DNA of 64,000 nucleotides from Trichosphaerium sp. ATCC 40318 (taxonomy: Eukaryota > Protista > Tubulinea). The stretch covers positions 62,001 through 126,000 of the forward strand of contig JALMLS010000289.1 in NCBI GenBank assembly GCA_038496445.1, written 5' to 3'. The notes beneath the pieces are model-generated. The model was not told the DNA's origin, ran no database searches, and saw only the letters and a program-made list of their open reading frames with translations. Positions 55,681 through 64,000 of this stretch are shown one piece after another. Every line of letters begins with the position of its first letter. Within the stretch, counting starts at the first letter, position 1. The position numbers and the translations under genes are program-made.

Positions 55681-58004
55681 ATGGCTTTTTCTACTCATAG
55701 TGCAGTTGCACTTTGTGTTTTAGCTATGCTAGCACTAAATGGTACGCAAAACTTGTTGAATACGCACTATACGTAATTACGACTGCATTAAAACCTTAAT
55801 ACTTAAAGCCTCTTGCTTTTGTTTCCATGCTGATTGTACAGCTTTCTTTGTAGTTTAAACTAACGATTACGCACCTTTACGCTATCGGAAACGTAAAACG
55901 AATCAAATGCAAGAGTTTGCAACCAAATCCTCGTATTTTTTTTTGTTCTCTTTTCTTTGTACACTATTCCAATCTTTATCGTTGCTTTGTACTGTTATTT
56001 GTATTTTCTCCGCTAATACGATTATTAGTTACTGCGGACTTGTTCAGCGACGATTTCTTTGGCGATAAAATTGGTACCTTACGCCGCGAAACAGAACAAA
56101 ATCATCCGTGGTTTAAAACAAACACAAGAGGCGACCTCACAACAAGACTCGCTAGACCAAGACCAAAGAGTCAAGAAGAGCTTCTAATGAAGTTAGACCC
56201 AACCCTTTTACGTCAAGCAGAACAAAACAGACAAATGAAGATCGAGTTGATCAGAGTAAACCAAGAGCGCTTGAAAAACGGCGAACCTCCTCTGTCTTTG
56301 CAAGAGTATACTGCTCAACAAGGGGGACGAGTGGGCGGTGGTAACCCTGAGGATCCATATGGCAACTACCCTGAGGACCCAAACGGCAACTATCCTGAGG
56401 ACCCTAATGCTGGCGGAGATGGCGATATTTGCGCTGATCCTACTTTCGATCCTTGCAGTTATGATGGTTATCCTGCAGAGGATCCATGTCAGTTTTACGC
56501 AGACAATCCTGATAGACAACCCGGTGATTGTCCAGCTGGGGGCGACAGTCTGGGTGCTGATCCAAGAGGCGGTGATCCTGGTGCTGATGATGGCGATATT
56601 TGCGCTGATCCTACTTTCGATCCTTGTAGTTTTGATGGTTATCCTGCAGAGGATCCATGTCAGTTTTACGCAGACAATCCTGACAGACAACCAGGCGACT
56701 GTTCAGCTGAAGGTGCCGGTAGGGGTGCAGGTCCGGCCAATCCAGATGACATGGGCAACTATCCAGAAGAGGGTGATGACATGAGTAACTATCCAGATGA
56801 CATGGGCAACTATCCAGATGAAGGTGACGACATGAGCAACTACCCGGATGACATGAGCAACTATCCACAAGAGGGTGACGACATGAGCAACTATCCAGAT
56901 GATATGGGCAACTATCCAGAAGGCGGCGACAGCGGTAGAGACGATGGTTTTACTGATCTAAATACTGATGCCGCTCAAAGACGCTATCAACAAGAATACG
57001 AAGACACCTTTGGTTCTGATGACGATATGAGTAACTACCCAGAAGAGGGTGATGACATGAGAAACTATCCAGATGATATGAGCAACTATCCTGAAGAAGG
57101 CGATATGGGCAACTATCCAGAAGAAGGTGATGACATGAGTAACTATCCAGATGACATGCGCAACTATCCAGAAGGCGACGACAGCGGTAGAGACGATGGT
57201 TTTACTGATCTAAATACTGATGCCGCTCAAAGACGCTATCAACAAGAATACGAAGACACCTTTAGTACTGATGACGATTACAGAGATGATAGTGTTGGCC
57301 CTGACAACTGGGGAGAATCCGAGTTAGTTCCGGACAGACGGAGCACTCAAGATGATGTTTCCGATATGGAAGGAGAAGGACGACACCGCGAGTCCCACTC
57401 AAGCACAGTCAAAACAACAAGCCGCAATAACATAATGTCCGAATTGCGAAAATTTGGCCAACAGGTCAGAGAAAAGGCAAAGGAAAAACTACCTGAAGTT
57501 GTTAGTACAGTGATAGATCATGTCACCGGTAACAACCAAGATGATGATGAAGAAGATATTGAACATCCACAAAACCGAGTTGAAGTTGGTAGAGGTAGTG
57601 TTGAACATCATCAGGATGATTTTATGGAGCATACAGTAAGGGAACCACGACAACATCTTAGCGAAAGGTTGAGAAGATTCAGTGGACGCCTATCAGCTGC
57701 CAAGGATACCAACAAGGTAGCTGTAGGTCCACGCCCATCCTCTTTGACACCTGTGCTACTCTACGGTATTATTGCTACTGGTACGTTTAAGTTCCTTTGA
57801 CGTCATTGAAAACTGATCCTTTTTGGGATAGTTTTGCTTTTTTTCTTTGTGTTTTTACAGCTCTCTTATACTCTTTTTTTAGTTCTCTTCGTTATTATTG
57901 TTGCTGCTGTTGTTGGTTTCCTTGTTATTCGTAAAAGACAGCATATTGTTCAACGTCAAAAGAACTTTGATGGTGATATGGCTTATCAACAAATGATCGC
58001 TTAA
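55681..58004 (+). CDS. Type I membrane protein with an acidic repeat ectodomain, 3 exons
   Basis: Signal peptide MAFSTHSAVALCVLAMLALN; DDMSNYP repeats; TM LLYGIIATVLFVIIVAAVVGFLVI; short tail ending YQQMIA. Confidence 0.85.
56418..57263 (+). repeat. Nested coding repeats: 2x four-Cys module, many DDM(S/G/R)NYP units, 2x 84-bp identical block
   Basis: Cys modules near 56418-56530 and 56589-56702; identical blocks 56928-57011 and 57180-57263. Confidence 0.9.
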
Positions 58005-58892
58005 ACCGATAGAGATATTATCACTAAACTGACTTATGTGTCATTTTTCATTACTATATTATTGTTTTTTGTTTTAATCACTCGTGTATTACCCATTCTT
58101 TGCTTGTAATAATTAATTACATTCTTTGCATTGAGTTCATTTTTTACGTCGTTGTTTGAGAATGTCTACAATGGCTTGTACTATACGTGTACGAGTGCTT
58201 GCGTATACTTATCACAACAACGTTGTTGTGATACTGTTGTAGAGCGAAACTTCATTGCAGATGACAACATTGCAGTTTTTACTTGATTTTGTACTGAGCC
58301 TCCTCTTGCTTTCTTGGTTACTTCGTCTTTTATTTTTCTTGTTTTTTTCTCTTACTTGTCGCCATACACTTGAAGTAGGTTTCTAGGACATGCAAATAAA
58401 ATAATTTGAATATATTGTTTGTTGCGACGCTGTAGGCGGTAAAGTCACAAGTGTAGCGACTTGACGACATTATTAATTTTGTACTAATAATTTACGCGCA
58501 TCATTACAAGGGAGAGTTTCACCAGTGACTTCTTTACCTTCTCTTGGTAATCACATAAACAAAGTCAGTTGGTGTAGGTCCAGCGCCTTCTGAGTTTGCC
58601 ACAAACATAGCATAGACGAGGTAAGCCCAACCTTCAAGACGGAAGAGGAGTAAAAAGGCCAAAGAAAACCTCGCAACTGCTTCTTTTGATTCTTCCTATA
58701 AACCATTACAACAACCTTAAAATTGCTAGGAGTGTGCTTTCAATGTGTATGAGTGCTGTATAGAACGTATGGCGTTAAACAAGGATGTTGTTCGGAGATA
58801 CAAGTTCAAACTTTATTTTGTTTTTTTGGAACTTCATTGCACTTGATAACTCTCTTTATGTCACGTTTTTTCTTTTGTTTTGTTTGGTGGTT

Positions 58893-61213
58893 TCAAGACG
58901 CCACTTTATTTATTGTATAGTCAAAGTTCCTGCACTGGATTTCTGTTTTTGTTTTACGACATTCCAAGTACTTCTTTAAAATGGCTTTTGTGGTCTTACA
59001 AGCTTCTGCTGTACTCATCCCTGAACTTAATCCTGGATCGCTTTTTTCAGCACCAGTAAGGTATCTTGAACTATGTACTATATGCTCAATCGTAATATCC
59101 TATAGGATATGTAAAAATGAGTTGAAGAACAACAATATAAGGTTACGAGAAAACACAGGTTTTCAAAAAAAAAACTTATTTAGCCTGATACTGGTTTGCG
59201 TATTTTTATGTCTTGGTGCCAAGTCTCTTGTGTACCTTGTCACAAATATTGGCAAACCAGTCTCAGCAGCAAAGGAACATTTACAGAATTTTGAAGCAAA
59301 AAAGAAGGATTGGAATATATAGTCACGTGTACCTTTAGTTTTTTAATATTATTAGGTTTGTAGTTTTGTGTAATCCAATCATCTCCATACCTTCATTGAA
59401 ATGAGTTGATGGGCAAGAAGAAAGAAGAAAAAAACAAAGACTACCAAAGGACGAAAAAGTATGGGAATAAGTTGTAGCTCAACCAGCAAGTGATTGGGTT
59501 TTTTCCCGTTCTACCCATTCACCATGAAACAAGGGTGATAGTATAAACACAGGTTTTTCATGAATTGGAAGATAAGAGTACACGAGGTATGAGTTGAATA
59601 GTACCTCGTGATGGGTAGGTTGTAGAAAAAAAATGAATAAAAAATAAATTATTTTAGGATTAAGGTGTACCAGTTGGGAAAGGCTCTTGGCCAATGATAT
59701 CCGTAAATATGAATATGTGTACGATGTGTAAAATCATATGTAAGGATTTGAGTATTACCCCTACTAAAAGAAGGTCCAACAACGCCAATTTTATTAAGCT
59801 TGTTAAGTTCTTCAATAAACCTTGCAAAAATGATGTAAGCGCACTTAAACAAGGAATATCCGAAAAAACTGTAAGAACTAACTCTAAGTAAAGGGAAACA
59901 AGCTATATAATGCTTCGTATAATTTAAGCGGTTACTCAATACAGCAAACAAGACAAACGAACAAAGATAATTCAAAAAAAGAAGAATTCTCAAGCAAATT
60001 ATCTTACCTTCCTGTCCAATTCTTTGACGTATATCTAGTATCATCATTGACACGGAAAAACCATTCCACTCCATCTCTATGTGCTGTCATGACAGCATCA
60101 TTGTGAGCCCAGCTATTAAAGAGTCAGAAAAAACACCTCATGCTCATATTGTTCTTTTTTTTTTTGTGTACGCTGAGTGTTTCTTGAAAGGCACCAAAGA
60201 CCATGAGATGTAAGAAAGTTGTACCTTATTTTCTTTAGCCCAATTTCTTACCCAATCTACAACAGCTTGCTGGCCTTCTACTTTACCGAAGAAAGGATCT
60301 ACAGTATCAACACCAAAATACAAACAATACCAGTAACCAGGTGTTAAAGAAGGGTGCAATGTTGGAAAGAAATCCTGCACTCAAGTAATTAGATAGAAAA
60401 AAAAAGACGTCAAATGCGAGGGCATTAATAAAAAAAAGCCCACGTGATGACTATGCAAACGTATTTTCACGTGAAAGAAGCAAAAGTTCATCGAAAAAAA
60501 AAAGAGCGACGCTTTTTTGTACTGAGCTAAGGACAACATATATCGACAGGTATATGATACAATCGAAAAATATCAGTGCTTGGAAGTAGTATGGTTTATG
60601 GATGGTGAGTCAGCACGTCAAAAATAGAAACGATATTAAAAAAGGATTCAATTTGCAATCCGAAGTACCTTTATCAAGTGTATTTTCCCGAGATTCTCTT
60701 TAGTCAAATTATCACCAGCAGAAGATAATGCAGTCGTAAGAGCCACGTCACATTTTTTATCAGTATCAACAATGGGATAGGTATAAATCTTCATTGTGTT
60801 GTCCTTGAATATACGGGGAGGTACCAGACTGTACGGATACGCCTTTGTAGGCTGAAGAGATGGTGCTTCGGTGACTTCTATTTCTTTAGGTTTCTCAGTG
60901 ACTTCATATTCTTGGTATGTCTTTGTTGGACGTTCTCGCGTATAACCTGGTGCAGCTGTGACAAGTTGGCCAGCGGGGAAGCTCTGTACGCGTAAATATT
61001 GTTATTAAAGGCAACAGAAGCGCGTTGGAGGAAATGGGAAGAGAAATTATAGTTTTTAGCTTATCACGTGATCAAAAGGGCAAAAATTGCCTTCATAGGT
61101 AATATTACGTGTTAAAACGTGCGTACGCTTGAACCATGTGTAACATACAGAATAAAAAGAGTTCCTACTGTAATAGCAGCAATAATGTAGGCAGTGTTCT
61201 TTTGCGAAGGCAT
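58893..61213 (-). CDS. Type II membrane GT-A fold glycosyltransferase-like protein
   Basis: N-terminal TM anchor, Pro/Thr stem, LYFGVD..DPFF, FFRVNDD (DxD-like), GVVGP...GNTQILTYDFTHRTH, FPNWYGDDWIT. Confidence 0.8.
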
Positions 61214-61956
61214 TTCTGTAAAGGTCTTTTCTACCCAAGCAAAATAGGACAATATGAAACCCTTCGGAGAGTTAAATGATGCCGTAGTTTTTGTAATTGC
61301 TACGAGTAGGATTTTTTATTCAAAATTATCCTGTAAATCACTTAAATATCTATAGGAGCACGTACAGTTTTCCTGGTTCTTTTCACGTGTTGCTACGTTG
61401 CCTACAATTAAGACACTCTATTTAAGTTTGTTTGGCAAACAAAAAAGAGCGTTTCTAGCGGATTCGTGTTGAATGCTGTCGGGAAATGGAAGTGCGCTGC
61501 ATGCTTTTCACATTTACTGATGTAAAACATAGATTGGTGACTTATCCAATGTGGTAACTAATTCTATTTTATTGTACTTTCTTTCGACACATTTCCTTAT
61601 CGTAAGCATATGTTGCTGGGAATCTCATTCATTAGTGAACAAAGGAACTGTGCCATAATGAGGATCAAGAATAGTAGAGAGTTTTCCAAACTAGTCCTGG
61701 CATTTCTATCAATATTCTTAAGCTTTGATGGGCTGCGATGTAACGTAGGTGTGATGGGTAGAAATTAAGAAAAAAGTGGTTTCAAGACGTGTTCGCATAC
61801 GGCTTATTTCTGACTAGCTGCGATGGCTGTTAGTAACCTAAGAAGATAAGGAGTACATCTACGGTTACCCTACAACACATTGCGTTGCGTCTAAGGCAGA
61901 GCATTCGAAGCAAATTATAAAGTACAATTACAGGTTTATTTGTTTTTACATTGGCT

Positions 61957-63227
61957 TTAGCGAAAAGCAGTTGATGAAGACAAGACAGAAATCATCTCAG
62001 CGAATTCTCGGGATAGAATATTATGCTTCACCATTTGACCTGTATTTAAAGATGGCCATGTTACATTAGGTTGAAGTGAAATGATTGTCTTGATCTCTTC
62101 AAAAATTTGCATCCAGATATCTTTTTTCCTTTCTTGAGGTTTAAACCGCCAACAATTTCCCTTTCTCCGTTTATCAATTACTGTAGCCCACCTTTTGAAA
62201 AAAATAAGCACCAAAGATACATAGCAGCAGTTGTGTTCACACAACGAAAACAAAGCAACAAAGAATAAAAAGATTTTATTTTCGGGCGAGATTTAACTTG
62301 GCATGGTCACGTGTACAACGTGTACGAGAGTAGGAGCGATTGTTAATGTTATTTAAATAAACTATTTTTACAATTGCTACTTTTTAGTCTTTTTCGGCGT
62401 TCACACGTGACCAACGTATTACGAAACGGTGCGTACCTTTTTATAGATTTATAAGCGCCATACGTGTCTCTAGGTCTCTTTTGCTTATATTGGCTCAACA
62501 CGCTGACGGCAGTCATGAATACTCTATCATTTCTATACAAACAAGTCAGGAGATTGTCCATGCTGTTGCGATCAACAAAAAAAATACTAGCGCAGATCGT
62601 ACATAACTACAAAGGTATCACCTTCTCTGTGAACGCCAGCTTTTAGTATCGCAGCCAAACAAACAGCATAGAGGTAAGGCTTCTTACTTCTACCCAATAC
62701 ACGTTGAAGAAGTGGATCTGCTTTTAAAGCAAAATTCTGTTCACAATTTCGTTTATCCCAAGCACCCTGTTGATGAGATTTTAGCCAAAGAGGTTAAGAA
62801 GAAAAACGCAAAAAGAAAAATAAAAAGTTCGAAACTTTTTTTTTGAAGTTTAAGAAAACGAAGACTTCGACGCCATGTTCTTTGTTGATGGTACACGTAC
62901 CTCTTGTTTAATACATGGTTGAAATAACTTTTTATCGTCATGTTCTACCTTCACGGGCACTACACGTGGCTCTTCTATGATACGAAAAGAGCCATGCTGA
63001 TGAGTTTTCTGGATAGGTTCTTGTTTTATATAGCCAAGAGTTGACTGAGTGTGCTCAAAATTGTTACGAGATATTTGACCACCCAAGTTGTTTTGTATAA
63101 CGGGTTGATGGTTATGCAATGATTGGCATTGATAAGATGCTGGCAGTGTATCTGTCTCGAAAACAGGTAAGAAGTGTGAGATATCATGACATTGTAGTAT
63201 ATAGTCGGTCGGTTGGTAGTAGAGCAT
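61957..63227 (-). CDS. Hypothetical nuclear-like protein with a Q/H-rich N-terminus and basic C-terminal domain
   Basis: Four exons join plausibly; IKQE, VKVE and IKQE motifs; basic segment KSIKRWATVIDKRRKGNCWRFK. Confidence 0.55.
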
Positions 63228-64000
63228 GGTGATTATGTTAGTGTGTTAATCTCCACGTGCTGCGTCTTGTATTGGATGTTAAGAATAAGAAAAAAGCCTT
63301 GATACACCACACAGAAATTGTTCACATAGTCTTTTTCTTGAAGCTCTTATTGTAATGATTCGCGAGCCTGAGTTGTAAGAAGCAATATTGCTACTACCGG
63401 AGTTATAGAATAGATGAACAAGGCGAGAACTTTAGAGAAGTCCGTACGTACATGTGTGGTTTTGAAAAATAACTGTTATGGTAATAAACGTAAAAGGTGG
63501 AAGGTATGACCCTAATCTTGTAATGGATGATAAGTCTTTTGGGTGAAAGTGAAGATGTTTTAAAGTTTTCCAAACAGAGTTACATAACGCACGTCGATGG
63601 GCGGTTTTGTGTGAACACTTCTTTTCGTGCCTTAGATACGCTCAATGACGCTACTACTAATGCTACAAAGGTGAAGTAGACATTATTTCTTGTAATATCA
63701 GAAATTGCTGCGCACCTCTTGCTCTACATAACAAACAAGCTTCTATTGTAGTCGTCATAAAATTTGTACACACTTTTTTCACTTTCTTAACTGAGAACCC
63801 AGATAGCCAGTTTTAATTTGTTTTGTTAGCAGGGTACCTCCTACGCGTGGGGGTCACGACAAGACTACTTCCGGATACTTCTAGATAAAAATATTAGAAA
63901 AACTTTACATTGCCAAATGGCAACTCTAAGTACCAGTGTCGTCAAGTTGTTAGCCCATGCACCATATATGACTCGTTTCTTTACTATGTAAATCACTTTT

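Noticed and set aside
58177-58838. Possible small spliced minus-strand gene (YAMFVANSEGAGP, FN3-like wording)
   Set aside because: Several incompatible splice paths and no convincing domain; needs RNA evidence.
60444-60524. C/D box snoRNA-like GTGATGA...CTGA
   Set aside because: It lies antisense to the host intron and has no terminal stem or recognisable guide.
63350-64000. Possible 3' exons of a minus-strand membrane protein
   Set aside because: Short hydrophobic frames exist but I could not join them reliably.

Overview
AT-rich, gene-dense eukaryotic genomic DNA with many short spliceosomal introns, so the ORF track mostly shows exon fragments. Gene content and intron style suggest a free-living protist, possibly an amoebozoan (inference). 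I reconstructed about 20 host genes by hand-splicing. They are a dsRBD protein, a mucin-like PPTT-repeat secreted protein, a DUF4140/DUF4139 protein, an ELO elongase, an Ntn asparaginase, an Mpo1/DUF962 protein, a CHRD-like secreted protein, a Ser/Thr kinase, a BTB-C1q-like protein, a VWA/Cys-rich protein, a NEF1-like polytopic membrane protein, an F-box protein, a PA-domain 7TM protein, a large kinase-STAND NTPase protein, SEC31, MCM5, an acidic-repeat type I membrane protein, a GT-A glycosyltransferase and two orphans. There is also one full-length Ty3/Gypsy LTR retrotransposon (14534-21501) with identical 140-bp LTRs, a GTAC target-site duplication and two disabling lesions. Most interesting are: (1) a beta-propeller/PH/TKL-kinase/STAND/TPR-like/pseudo-histidine-kinase fusion; (2) strong enrichment of (T)CACGTG(A) in introns and intergenic DNA; (3) an unusual splice-site code (+4C donors, frequent AAG acceptors, several GC-AG introns); (4) extra domains in the retroelement. 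Exon boundaries were read by eye and family calls rest on motif recognition, not database searches.
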